DNA of 63,740 nucleotides, counting the filler, from Ferroacidibacillus organovorans (lineage in GTDB: Bacteria > Bacillota > Bacilli > Alicyclobacillales > SLC66): assembly GCF_001642725.1 (NCBI RefSeq). It is 3 parts of 3 records of this genome, joined end to end, with 100 filler letters (N's around TTAATTAATTAA, not from the genome) between each part and the next. Parts side by side here need not be neighbours in the genome. Positions count along the whole stretch, not along the records: positions 47,909 to 63,740 come from NZ_LSUQ01000060.1; 2 more parts are not named here. One strand, 5' to 3'. The stretch's first letter is position 1, and every line of letters begins with the position of its first letter. The position numbers and the translations under genes were made by a program. Shown in pieces: positions 49,858 to 59,641 of this stretch. The notes below the pieces were generated by a model, which searched no databases, was not told the DNA's origin, and was given only the letters and a program-made list of their open reading frames with translations.

Positions 49858-51636
49858 TTGGAATGGACGCGCTTTAAAGAGAAACTCGCGCTGATTCCCG
49901 AGCGTCCTGGTTGCTATTTGATGAAGGATGAAACCGGTAAGGTCATCTATGTCGGCAAGGCCAAGGTGTTGCGGAATCGGGTGCGCTCCTATTTTACCGG
50001 GAGTCATGATGGAAAAACGCAGAGGCTCGTCTCACACATTCGGGATTTCGAGTACATCGTTACGGACACGGTTTCTGAGGCGCTCGTTCTTGAGTGCAAT
50101 TTGATCAAACATCACACGCCGCACTACAACATCTTGTTAAAAGATGACAAGACGTATCCGTATATCAAGATCACACGCGAAACGCATCCGCGACTTGAAA
50201 TTGTGCGAAAGGTGCAGAAGGATCGGGCGGCCTATTTCGGTCCGTATCCAAACGGTGGCGCGGCCGCAGAGACCAAACAATTGCTCGATCGTTTGTATCC
50301 GCTGCGCAAGTGTAAAACCTTAAAGCCAAAAGTCTGCCTCTACTATCACATTGGGCAGTGTCTTGCCCCTTGCGAGTTTGAGGTAAACGAGGATGAGTAT
50401 CAAAAGATCTCCCGGGAAATCAGCGAGTTTTTACAGGGCGGGCATCAGCGCATCACAGATGAGTTGGTGAAGCGCATGGCCTTTGAAGCGGAGCAGATGA
50501 ATTTTGAGCGCGCGGCGGAATTGCGTGATCTGATTGCGCAGATTCACGCAGTGATGGAGACGCAGAAGGTGACACTGCCCGATCGCGTCGATCGCGATAT
50601 CTTTGGCTCCTATTCGCATCAAGGCCATCTCAGTATTCAGGTGTTCATGATGCGCGGTGGTAAGTTGGTGGAGCGATCCGCGACCGTCTTTACACATTAC
50701 GGTGACGAATCGGATGACTTAACCTCCTACATTACGCAGTTTTACCAGGACAATCCGGATATTCCAAAAGAAGTATGGCTTCCTGAAGGGGTAGACGCAA
50801 CGGGGCTCGACGCCATTTTGCACGCGAAGGTGTTGACTCCCAAGCGCGGAAAAAAACATGAACTCGTTGAGCTGGCGTGCCGCAACGCGCGGATTGCCCT
50901 CGAAGAGCGTTTTCGCCTGCTTGAAAAGGATGAGAGCCGCACCGTCAGCGCGATGCAGGCACTCGGAGAAGCGCTTGGGATCGACGCCCTCCATCGAATT
51001 GAAGCGTTTGACAATTCAAATACGCAAGGCACAGACCCGGTTGCCGCGATGGTGGTCTACGTCGATGGTCAAGCGGTACCAAAAGAGTATCGCAAGTATA
51101 AGATCAAGACGGTGGAAGGACCTGACGACTATAAAAGCATGCGTGAAGTGATTCGTCGCCGCTATACGCGACTGTTGCGCGAACAACAACCGCTACCGGA
51201 TCTGATTATGGTGGACGGTGGGCGGGGGCACATTACTGCGGCGCTTGATGTGCTGGAAAATGAGTTATCCATTCAAACGCCTGTTTGCGGCTTGGCAAAA
51301 GACGATCGGCATCGCACCTCTCAACTTTTTCTCGGCGATGATTCGGAGCCGATTCGACTGGATCGTAACGCCCCGGCGTTTCATCTCTTGACGAGAATTC
51401 AGGATGAGGTGCATCGATTTGCGATTACCTTTCACAGAAACACGCGCGGGAAAAATTCGCTTCAAAGTTTACTCGATGAGATCCCGGGTGTTGGTGAGGC
51501 GCGTCGCAAGCATTTGTTGCGCCATTTTGGATCGCTTACCGAGATGCGACAAGCGCCAATCGAAGAATTTCGCAAAGCGGGTGTCGGAGATCGATTAGCA
51601 AAGCAGATCAAGGCGCATCTCGCGAGCCTTTCGTGA
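49858..51636 (+). CDS. uvrC: Excinuclease ABC subunit C
   Basis: PGCYLMK…YVGKAKVLRNRVRSYF, RIEAFDNS, DGGRG, IPGVG. Confidence 0.96.
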   Translation: MEWTRFKEKLALIPERPGCYLMKDETGKVIYVGKAKVLRNRVRSYFTGSHDGKTQRLVSHIRDFEYIVTDTVSEALVLECNLIKHHTPHYNILLKDDKTYPYIKITRETHPRLEIVRKVQKDRAAYFGPYPNGGAAAETKQLLDRLYPLRKCKTLKPKVCLYYHIGQCLAPCEFEVNEDEYQKISREISEFLQGGHQRITDELVKRMAFEAEQMNFERAAELRDLIAQIHAVMETQKVTLPDRVDRDIFGSYSHQGHLSIQVFMMRGGKLVERSATVFTHYGDESDDLTSYITQFYQDNPDIPKEVWLPEGVDATGLDAILHAKVLTPKRGKKHELVELACRNARIALEERFRLLEKDESRTVSAMQALGEALGIDALHRIEAFDNSNTQGTDPVAAMVVYVDGQAVPKEYRKYKIKTVEGPDDYKSMREVIRRRYTRLLREQQPLPDLIMVDGGRGHITAALDVLENELSIQTPVCGLAKDDRHRTSQLFLGDDSEPIRLDRNAPAFHLLTRIQDEVHRFAITFHRNTRGKNSLQSLLDEIPGVGEARRKHLLRHFGSLTEMRQAPIEEFRKAGVGDRLAKQIKAHLASLS

Positions 51637-51723
51637 ATACAGTCTCGCTTGAAGAGGTTGGATGATTTGACAGAGTGAATCGCGTGTGGTAATGTTCGAT
51701 CACAACTTAAAACGATTGTTTTA

Positions 51724-51839
51724 CTCTTATCGAGAGTGGCGGAGGGACTGGCCCTTTGAAGCCCGGCAACCTTCCAGCGCCTACATGGCCTGGATCGGTG
51801 CCAATTCCAGCAGGACAACTGTGTCCTGAAAGATGAGAG
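51724..51839 (+). ncRNA. SAM-I (S-box) riboswitch
   Basis: CTCTTATCGAGAG…GAGGGACTGGCCC…GCAACC…GGTGCCAATTCC…GAAAGATGAGAG upstream of metX; TTGACA-17-TAATGT promoter in front. Confidence 0.95.
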
Positions 51840-51858
51840 GGTAACCTTGGCGAAAACT

Positions 51859-51887
51859 GGGCTCCCTCTGTGTGAGGGGGTCCTTTT
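51859..51887 (+). terminator. Riboswitch expression-platform terminator
   Basis: GGGCTCCCTC-TGTGT-GAGGGGGTCC-TTTT. Confidence 0.65.
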
Positions 51888-51908
51888 CGCATGGAGCAGG
51901 AGAGAGTG

Positions 51909-53021
51909 ATGATAGAAATGAGTGAGAATCTACAAGACCATGCCTCCTCAGCGCTCGTGTCAGTCGGTGCGGTGAAGCTCGAAAACGGTGAAACGTTAAA
52001 CAATGTTGTCGTTTATGTCGAGTGGGTCGGTGATCTATTGCGCCATCGCGAACAGGCGATTCTCTTGTGTCACGCGCTCACAGGCGATGCCCACGCGTTT
52101 GATACAGCAGAAAAGCCGGGCTGGTGGGGACCTCTGATTGGGGCGGGACGGGCGCTTGATACGGAGAGGCACGTCGTTCTTTGTATGAATGTCCTGGGCG
52201 GGTGTTCGGGGACGACCGGGCCGCTCTCGATGTGTGACACAACGGGTCAACCCTATGCAGGCCAGTTTCCCGAGATTACGATTCGCGATATGGTGCGCGT
52301 TCAACATCTCGCATTGTGTGCGCTTGGGATCACTCGCCTTTACGCGGTGCTCGGCGGATCGATGGGGGGGATGCAGGCGCTAGAGTGGGCGTGTAGCTAC
52401 CCTTCTTTCGTATTGCATGCGGTCGTATTAGCCGCTCCACTTGTATTCTCTGCCATTGCCATCGGTTACAACGCGGTGATGCGCCAAGCGATCGAGCGAG
52501 ACCCAGCGTTTCATCAGGGCGATTATGGACGTTACGGCGTAATTCCTAAGGACGGCTTGACGGTTGCACGGATGCTCGGCATGATCACCTATCGTACAGC
52601 GTCGTTGTTTGAAGAGCGATTCGGTCGATCAATCAGTGATTCGGGGATGCTTGAAGTCGAACGCTATCTCGTCTATCACGGCGAGAAATTGGTTAGTCGA
52701 TTTGACGCAAACAGTTATCTGCGCCTATTAACAGCGATGGATGGGCATCATTTGGGGCGTGATCGCGGTACACTTGCGGATGCGTTCGCACGCATCACAG
52801 CGCGCGTCACACTGGTCGGTATTCAAGATGATCTGCTTTATCCTCCGGACTCGATCAGACTCGCTGCTTGTGCGGCGCGTGAAGCGGGGGTTGACGCAGT
52901 CTATAAAGAAATAGCTAGCGTCTACGGACACGACGCATTTTTACTAGAGTTTGAACAATTGGATGAGATATTTCGCGACGCACTCGCGCGCGCCGTTCCA
53001 CGTAACACAATCGCGCGCTGA
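51909..53021 (+). CDS. metX: Homoserine O-acetyltransferase
   Basis: CHALTGDAH, GGSMGGMQALEW, RFDANSY, YGHDAFL; start uncertain (51891-51918). Confidence 0.9.
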   Translation: MIEMSENLQDHASSALVSVGAVKLENGETLNNVVVYVEWVGDLLRHREQAILLCHALTGDAHAFDTAEKPGWWGPLIGAGRALDTERHVVLCMNVLGGCSGTTGPLSMCDTTGQPYAGQFPEITIRDMVRVQHLALCALGITRLYAVLGGSMGGMQALEWACSYPSFVLHAVVLAAPLVFSAIAIGYNAVMRQAIERDPAFHQGDYGRYGVIPKDGLTVARMLGMITYRTASLFEERFGRSISDSGMLEVERYLVYHGEKLVSRFDANSYLRLLTAMDGHHLGRDRGTLADAFARITARVTLVGIQDDLLYPPDSIRLAACAAREAGVDAVYKEIASVYGHDAFLLEFEQLDEIFRDALARAVPRNTIAR

Positions 53022-53050
53022 GTGCTCTTTATGATTTAGGAGGTCGTATA

Positions 53051-54394
53051 GTGATGATCGATCAACCGCGCGTTGTTCGCATTGGGCTTCTCGGTCTGGG
53101 AACCGTTGGGGCAGGCGTCGTCAAATCGTTAAAAACGAACCATCAGCCGATTTTTGAGAAAACGGGCTGCGACGTACAGGTTGTTCGCACACTCGTTCGC
53201 GATCCTGACAAAGAGCGCGTTGTTCGCTTGGACAGGGAAGCGCTTACGACCGATGGACTGGAGATTGTGCGCGATCCATCCATTGACATTGTGATTGAGG
53301 TGATTGGCGGAATTGAACCTGCTCGGACGTTGATTCGCGAAGCACTGCGTCACGGCAAGCACGTCATTTCTGCCAATAAAGAACTGATCGCCAAAGATGA
53401 AGGCGCGTTGATCGCATACGCAGAGAAACACGGGTTAAGGTTGATGTATGAGGCAAGTGTCGGCGGTGGTATTCCCATTGTGCGCATGGTGGAGACGTAT
53501 TTGACAGCAAACCGTGTATACGCCATACGCGGCATTCTAAACGGTACATGTAACTATATCCTGACACGTATGGAGGAAGACGGTCAATCCTTTGCGGAGG
53601 CGTTGCGCGACGCGCAGTCGCTCGGTTATGCAGAGGCCGACCCGGAGAGTGATGTGGAGGGATTTGACACGGCTTACAAGTTGTCGATCCTTGCCAATCT
53701 CGCCTTTTCTGTTCCATCAAGCGTCGCCGCGATTGATCGTTTTGGCATCACAAAACTGCAGAGTGACGATTTGAGCTTGGCTGCACGCGTTGGGTGTACG
53801 ATCAAATTGATCGGCGAGGCGCGCGTATTAGAAGACGGCACGGTTTTGCAGAGCGTAACGCCGAGAATGATTCCGCGTGCGGATTCTCTGGCTAGCGTGC
53901 GCGACGTATTTAACGCCGTAACGATTACGGCTGACGTGGTCGGAGAACTCTCATTTATGGGGCGCGGTGCGGGTGAACTGCCGACGGCGAGCGCGATCAT
54001 TGAGGATTTGACGGAGATCTTGCGCAGCCCTGTTCCACGTGTTCGGCGTGATCAGTACAGGCATACTGTGTCTGTGTCAAAAAGCGGAGTTACATCGATG
54101 GATGAACGATCATCTCGGCACGTTAAGGGATACATCCGAATGTCCACTTCAGAGCAGATTTTTGATCTCTTGTTTCAGTACGCGCAAGACGTTCGCGTTG
54201 TATCCGGGGCAGATGAGGTTGATGGTGAGAGCGCAGCGCACTGCTTTGTCTGTGGCGTACCGGAACAGGTCTGGTATGAGCAGGTGTTACACCATGATGC
54301 ACTGCAACTCGCCATCCCTTATGATGGAGTGTGGCCGCCTCCTAATAGTGTGGTGGTCGGGCAAAAAGAGGCGCAGATTCATTTTCGCGTCTGA
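53051..54394 (+). CDS. hom: Homoserine dehydrogenase
   Basis: GLLGLGTVG, EASVGGGIP, GILNGTCNYIL, GYAEADP, GAGELPTASA. Confidence 0.93.
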   Translation: MMIDQPRVVRIGLLGLGTVGAGVVKSLKTNHQPIFEKTGCDVQVVRTLVRDPDKERVVRLDREALTTDGLEIVRDPSIDIVIEVIGGIEPARTLIREALRHGKHVISANKELIAKDEGALIAYAEKHGLRLMYEASVGGGIPIVRMVETYLTANRVYAIRGILNGTCNYILTRMEEDGQSFAEALRDAQSLGYAEADPESDVEGFDTAYKLSILANLAFSVPSSVAAIDRFGITKLQSDDLSLAARVGCTIKLIGEARVLEDGTVLQSVTPRMIPRADSLASVRDVFNAVTITADVVGELSFMGRGAGELPTASAIIEDLTEILRSPVPRVRRDQYRHTVSVSKSGVTSMDERSSRHVKGYIRMSTSEQIFDLLFQYAQDVRVVSGADEVDGESAAHCFVCGVPEQVWYEQVLHHDALQLAIPYDGVWPPPNSVVVGQKEAQIHFRV

Positions 54395-54502
54395 GCGTGG
54401 AATGAATCTGCTGTGTTTTCTTGACAGCCGCTTTCGACTATCGCTACAATCATCCATGTAACCGTACACTGAGCGGTCGCTCGGTAGAGAGGGGGCGTTG
54501 AT

Positions 54503-55120
54503 TTGGCAAGTGCGCCAGTCAACCGCGATTATCTATTTCGCAGGCTTCATACGTTGTCAGGTGTTATCCCTGTTGGTCTGTTTTTGATTGAGCATCTCAT
54601 CACCAACTCGACTGTGACGATGGGGGCAGGCGCGTATAATGCGGCTGTCAATACGATTCAACATATTCCCTACTTGCATGCGGTTGAATTTTTGTTTATT
54701 TTTCTGCCTCTTATTTATCACGGGGTGTTTGGCTTGTATGTCGCGTACACGTCAGGCTATAACCCTGTACAGTACACGTGGTTTCGCAATCGCATGTTCG
54801 CACTGCAACGCATCACGGGCGTTATAACGTTTATTTTTATCGTGTATCATCTCTGGACAACCCGTTTTAGCGGGAGTGCCCCGAGCTTTGCGTTTGTGCA
54901 CCATCTCGTGAGTCAGCCGTTCACGTTCTGGTTTATGATGATCGGTGTCGTGTCGGCGACATTTCACTTTGCCAATGGCATGTGGTCGTTTCTGGTGCAC
55001 TGGGGCTTTACCGTCGGCGCGCGCGCGCAACGCGTTTCTGCGATTGTCATGATGACGCTTTTCTTGATCCTGGCGTTTATGGGCGTTGATTCAATCATCA
55101 CGTTTGCGTATGCGGCGTAA
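54503..55120 (+). CDS. sdhC: Succinate dehydrogenase cytochrome b558
   Basis: RRLHTLSGVIP, YHG, QRITG, FHFANG. Confidence 0.93.
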   Translation: MASAPVNRDYLFRRLHTLSGVIPVGLFLIEHLITNSTVTMGAGAYNAAVNTIQHIPYLHAVEFLFIFLPLIYHGVFGLYVAYTSGYNPVQYTWFRNRMFALQRITGVITFIFIVYHLWTTRFSGSAPSFAFVHHLVSQPFTFWFMMIGVVSATFHFANGMWSFLVHWGFTVGARAQRVSAIVMMTLFLILAFMGVDSIITFAYAA

Positions 55121-55156
55121 CGGTTTGGAACTGCATAAGGTATTGGAGGAATCGAG

Positions 55157-56914
55157 ATGGCATCGCAACGGATGATCGTTGTCGGCGGTGGACTTGCAGG
55201 GCTTATGGCGACGATTAAAATCGCTGAGTCTGGAACGTCCGTCGACCTGTTCTCGATCGTTCCCGTAAAACGCTCTCACTCCGTGTGTGCACAGGGTGGG
55301 ATCAACGGAGCGGTTAACACCAAAGGTGAAGGAGACTCGCCTTGGGAGCATTTTGATGACACGATTTATGGTGGAGATTTTCTCGCGAATCAACCGCCTG
55401 TTCTCGGCATGTGCGAAGCGGCGCCAGGCATTATCCATCTGCTCGATCGTATGGGTGTCATGTTCAATCGCACGCCTGAGGGACTGCTCGATTTTCGTCG
55501 CTTTGGCGGTACAAAGCATCATCGCACGGCGTTTGCCGGGGCGACGACAGGTCAGCAACTGCTCTATGCGCTGGATGAACAGGTGCGCCGCTATGAGGCG
55601 GCAGGGCTCGTCAACAAGTTTGAGGGCTATGAGTTTATTTCGGCAGTCATTGACGACGATCAGGTCTGTCGCGGAATTGTCGCACAGAATTTGCGCTCGA
55701 TGGAGATTCAAGCGTTTCGCGCAGATGCGGTGATTCTGGCGACCGGAGGACCTGGCATCGTGTTTGGCAAAAGCACGAACTCGATCATCAATACGGGTAC
55801 GGCCGCGTCTGCAGTCTATCAGCAAGGCGTTACGTATGCGAATGGCGAGTTTATTCAAATTCACCCTACGGCGATTCCCGGCGATGATAAACTGCGTCTC
55901 ATGTCTGAGTCGGCGCGCGGTGAAGGCGGTCGCGTCTGGACGTATAAGGATGGGAAACCGTGGTATTTCCTTGAAGAAAAATATCCGGAGTACGGCAATC
56001 TCGTGCCGCGCGACATCGCGACGCGGGAGATTTTCTCTGTGTGTGTGGATCAGAAACTCGGGGTCAACGGGGAGAACATGGTTTATCTTGACGTGTCACA
56101 CATCCCCGCATCGGTGCTCAATGTAAAATTGGGCGGGATTCTTGAGATTTATGAGAAGTTTGTCGGTGACGACCCGCGCAAGGTTCCGATGCGCATCTTC
56201 CCGGCTGTGCACTATTCGATGGGCGGAATTTGGGTCGATTACGATCAAATGACAAACATTCAGGGACTGTTTGCCTGTGGCGAGTGTGACTATCAGTATC
56301 ACGGGGCGAATCGCCTCGGCGCAAACTCGCTGCTCTCCTCCATCTACGGCGGCATGATCACAGGGCCGTCTGCTCTGCGGTACGCAAAAGGACTGCGCAA
56401 GGGAGCGGATCAGGTGCCAGCTTCCGTCTACGAGGCGGCGCAACAGCGGGAACAGGAAAAGTATGATGGGCTCTTGGCGATGCGCGGGACGGAGAACCCC
56501 TACGTGATCGGACGTGAACTCGGACAGTGGATGACCGATAATGTGACGGTTGTTCGCTACAATGACCGATTGCAAAAGACGGATGAAAAGATTCAAGAGT
56601 TGATGGAACGCTACAAAAAAATCAATATGGCGGACACGTCGCGGTGGCAGAATCAAATGGTGCCTTATACGCGTCAGTTGTGGAATATGTTAGAACTGGC
56701 GCGCGTGATGACGATTGGCGCGCTACTGAGGAATGAGAGCCGCGGGGCTCACTATAAACCAGAGTTTCCAAATCGCGATGACGAAAACTTCCTGAAAACC
56801 ACCATGGCGGATTGGACGCCGGACGGTCCGCGCATTTCGTATCAGGACGTGGATGTATCCCTGATTCGACCGCGCGAGCGACGCTATGATGTCAGTAAGG
56901 AGGCGACGGTGTAA
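55157..56914 (+). CDS. sdhA: Succinate dehydrogenase flavoprotein
   Basis: RSHSVCAQGGIN, QIHPT, HYSMGG, HGANRLGANSL. Confidence 0.97.
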   Translation: MASQRMIVVGGGLAGLMATIKIAESGTSVDLFSIVPVKRSHSVCAQGGINGAVNTKGEGDSPWEHFDDTIYGGDFLANQPPVLGMCEAAPGIIHLLDRMGVMFNRTPEGLLDFRRFGGTKHHRTAFAGATTGQQLLYALDEQVRRYEAAGLVNKFEGYEFISAVIDDDQVCRGIVAQNLRSMEIQAFRADAVILATGGPGIVFGKSTNSIINTGTAASAVYQQGVTYANGEFIQIHPTAIPGDDKLRLMSESARGEGGRVWTYKDGKPWYFLEEKYPEYGNLVPRDIATREIFSVCVDQKLGVNGENMVYLDVSHIPASVLNVKLGGILEIYEKFVGDDPRKVPMRIFPAVHYSMGGIWVDYDQMTNIQGLFACGECDYQYHGANRLGANSLLSSIYGGMITGPSALRYAKGLRKGADQVPASVYEAAQQREQEKYDGLLAMRGTENPYVIGRELGQWMTDNVTVVRYNDRLQKTDEKIQELMERYKKINMADTSRWQNQMVPYTRQLWNMLELARVMTIGALLRNESRGAHYKPEFPNRDDENFLKTTMADWTPDGPRISYQDVDVSLIRPRERRYDVSKEATV

Positions 56915-57696
56915 TGGCAATTTCAGAACAGGAAGCTGCGGAGAAGCGATCGCCAAAAACCGTTCATCTCATCATCGAGCGACAAGTGTCGGCTGACGCC
57001 GCGCCTTATACAGAGGAATTTGAAATCGCTTGGCGCCCGGGTATGAACGTAATTGCAGCGCTCATGGAGATTCAGCGCAATCCGGTAAACGCAAAAGGAC
57101 AAGATACGAATCCGGTTACCTGGGAGTCGAACTGTCTAGAAGAAGTTTGTGGCGCGTGCACCATGGTGATTAATGGGAAACCGCGTCAGGCGTGCTCGGC
57201 GCTTGTTGACAAGTTGACGCAGCCGATCCACTTGAAACCGATGCGCACCTTCCCGGTGGTTCGCGATTTGGTGGTGAATCGCTCGCGCATGTTTGAAACG
57301 CTCAAGCGTGTCAAGGCGTGGGTGCCGATCGACGGTACGTACGATCTGGGTTCGGGTCCACGCATGGCAGAGTCGGAGCGACAGTGGGCGTATGAGCTCT
57401 CAAAATGCTTTACGTGCGGATCATGCGTAGAGGCGTGTCCGAATGTGAATGAAAAGACTCACTTTATCGGTGCTTTTGCCATCTCGCAGGCGCGACTCTT
57501 CAATACACACCCGACAGGTGCCATGCATAAGGAAGAGCGTTTTGAGGCGATGATGGATGAAGGCGGGATTCATGAATGCGGCAACTCGCAGAATTGCGTC
57601 CAGGTCTGTCCGAAGGGAATTCCACTGACAACGTCGATTGCGGCGATGAATCGCGATGTCAATCGACACGCCTTTTCTAGTTGGTTGAAAAAATAG
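56914..57696 (+). CDS. sdhB: Succinate dehydrogenase iron-sulfur subunit
   Basis: CLEEVCGAC, CFTCGSCVEACP, CGNSQNCVQVCP. Confidence 0.96.
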   Translation: MAISEQEAAEKRSPKTVHLIIERQVSADAAPYTEEFEIAWRPGMNVIAALMEIQRNPVNAKGQDTNPVTWESNCLEEVCGACTMVINGKPRQACSALVDKLTQPIHLKPMRTFPVVRDLVVNRSRMFETLKRVKAWVPIDGTYDLGSGPRMAESERQWAYELSKCFTCGSCVEACPNVNEKTHFIGAFAISQARLFNTHPTGAMHKEERFEAMMDEGGIHECGNSQNCVQVCPKGIPLTTSIAAMNRDVNRHAFSSWLKK

Positions 57697-57703
57697 GCAT
57701 GGC

Positions 57704-57739
57704 AGAAAAAAGGTCCTTCGCGAGAAGGACCTTTTTCTT
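57704..57739. terminator. Bidirectional intrinsic terminator
   Basis: AGAAAAAAGGTCCTTC-GCGA-GAAGGACCTTTTTCTT. Confidence 0.87.
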
Positions 57740-57772
57740 GTGGGCGGGATAGAGTCCCGATCTGCAGGGTGG

Positions 57773-58669
57773 CTAATTCTTTTTTGGTTGCCACAAATCG
57801 GCGAGACCGTCACCAAGGTAGTTAAATCCGAGGACAGCAATTGCGAGTGTGAGCCCCGGAAAGATGGCGAGCCAGGGTGATGTTGTGATGTATCCCTGCG
57901 CGGTGTGTAACATAGATCCCCAACTCGCGGCTGGCGGTTGTACGCCGAGACCGAGATAGCTGAGCCCAGCTTCCGCGACCACCCCACTCGCGAGACCGAG
58001 CGTTGCCTGAACAATGATCGGAGTTAAGATGTTTGGAAGAATATGCACAAAGAGAATCCGCGTCGTTCCGGCGCCGATCGTAACGGCAGATTGAACATAT
58101 TCAGAACGTCTTTGAACAAAAACTTGGGCGCGAACAATACGGACAAATCCTGGAATAAATCCAAAGCCGATGGCGATCATCGCGTTTCCGAGCCCACTGC
58201 CTAGCACCGCTCCGATGACGAGGGCGAGGATGAGGAAGGGAAAGGATTGAATGGAGTCCATCACGCGCATGACAAACCACTCGTCAAACGCCCCCCCGAT
58301 GTAGCCCGTCAATAGTCCGATGAGAATGCCAAAAAACAGGCCAATACCGACGGATGCCGCAGAGACTTCGAGCGAGGTTTGAGCGCCATAGAGAACGCGT
58401 GAGAAAAGATCTCTGCCTAACTCATCCGTGCCAAACCAGTGCGCGCTCGACGGTGGTTGAAGAAGCGCCATGAAATTGATCTGATTGGGTGGATACGGTG
58501 CGAGTACTGGCGCAAAAACGCCGGCGACGACCATCAGTAGCACGATGAGCGCGCCGATCATGAAGGAGGGGTTGCGCACCATTCTCCCTAACGTGCGATT
58601 TTTACGGACTTTTTTTAATGGCGCGGTCGTCTCGGCAGGTGTGACGGATTCTGTAGTAATGTTCACCAT
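57773..58669 (-). CDS. Peptide/nickel ABC permease (DppC/OppC-like)
   Basis: HWFGTDELGRD, HILPN, LGDGL. Confidence 0.92.
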   Translation of the reverse strand: MVNITTESVTPAETTAPLKKVRKNRTLGRMVRNPSFMIGALIVLLMVVAGVFAPVLAPYPPNQINFMALLQPPSSAHWFGTDELGRDLFSRVLYGAQTSLEVSAASVGIGLFFGILIGLLTGYIGGAFDEWFVMRVMDSIQSFPFLILALVIGAVLGSGLGNAMIAIGFGFIPGFVRIVRAQVFVQRRSEYVQSAVTIGAGTTRILFVHILPNILTPIIVQATLGLASGVVAEAGLSYLGLGVQPPAASWGSMLHTAQGYITTSPWLAIFPGLTLAIAVLGFNYLGDGLADLWQPKKN

Positions 58670-58672
58670 GCT

Positions 58673-59629
58673 CTATCCTTCCCCTCGCGTCATGCGAATC
58701 CGCGGATCGATAAAGCCGTAACACAGATCTGTCGCGAGATTTACTAGGATGACGAGAAGGGCGGCGACGAGGGCGCTGCCTTGTATCGTCGTATAGTCAC
58801 GACTAAAGATTGCATTGACTAAAAGGCTGCCAAATCCCGGGAGTGAGAAGATCGTCTCTGTGATGACAAGGCCGCCAAGGAGTCCTGCGATTTGTAGACC
58901 GCTTTGCGTAATCACGGGCACAAGTGCGTTTTTCAGCGCGTGCCGCAGGATGATTCGGTAACCGCGTATGCCTTTTGCGCGCGCCGTGCGCACAAAGTCT
59001 GCATCGAGCACTTCGGCAAGGCTTGCCCGCGTCATGCGCAACAAGACGGCCGCTTCGCGGATTCCGGTTGCCAAAACAGGGAGAAACATGGATTGTAGGT
59101 TTTGGCCTACGTTTTGTGTCAGTGGAACATAACCTGACGATGGGAAAAGGTGGAGCCGGACGGTAAACGCAAAAAGCAGCATGATGCCGAGCCAAAAAGG
59201 CGGGATGGAAAGCCCGAGCGATGTCGCAAATGCGGCGACGAGATCTGCAAACTTCCCACGTTTGATGGCGGATAGAATGCCGAGCGGAAGTGCGATGATC
59301 ACGGCGAACAAAAACGTCCCAATCGCCAATTCGATCGTTACTGGCAAGCGCTGTTCGATGAGCGTGGCCACCGCAATCTGATTGGAGAGAGACAACCCCA
59401 AATTGCCGTGAAGAACGTTACCAACCCAGTCCAGATACTGCACGATCAATGGTTTGTTCAATCCCAACTGCTCGCGCAAAGCCGCGATCGCGCCAGGTGT
59501 TGCATCCTGCCCGAGGATGACGCGGGCAGGATCTCCTGGAATGAGGTGAATGAGACTGAAGACCATGACACTGACCAGAAAGAGGACGGGTAGCGTGAGA
59601 AGAATTCGTCGCGCGAGGAAGCTACCCAT
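58673..59629 (-). CDS. Peptide/nickel ABC permease (DppB/OppB-like)
   Basis: PGDPA, RTARAKG, RHALKNA, IDPRIR. Confidence 0.92.
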   Translation of the reverse strand: MGSFLARRILLTLPVLFLVSVMVFSLIHLIPGDPARVILGQDATPGAIAALREQLGLNKPLIVQYLDWVGNVLHGNLGLSLSNQIAVATLIEQRLPVTIELAIGTFLFAVIIALPLGILSAIKRGKFADLVAAFATSLGLSIPPFWLGIMLLFAFTVRLHLFPSSGYVPLTQNVGQNLQSMFLPVLATGIREAAVLLRMTRASLAEVLDADFVRTARAKGIRGYRIILRHALKNALVPVITQSGLQIAGLLGGLVITETIFSLPGFGSLLVNAIFSRDYTTIQGSALVAALLVILVNLATDLCYGFIDPRIRMTRGEG

Positions 59630-59641
59630 CGTTACACGTCC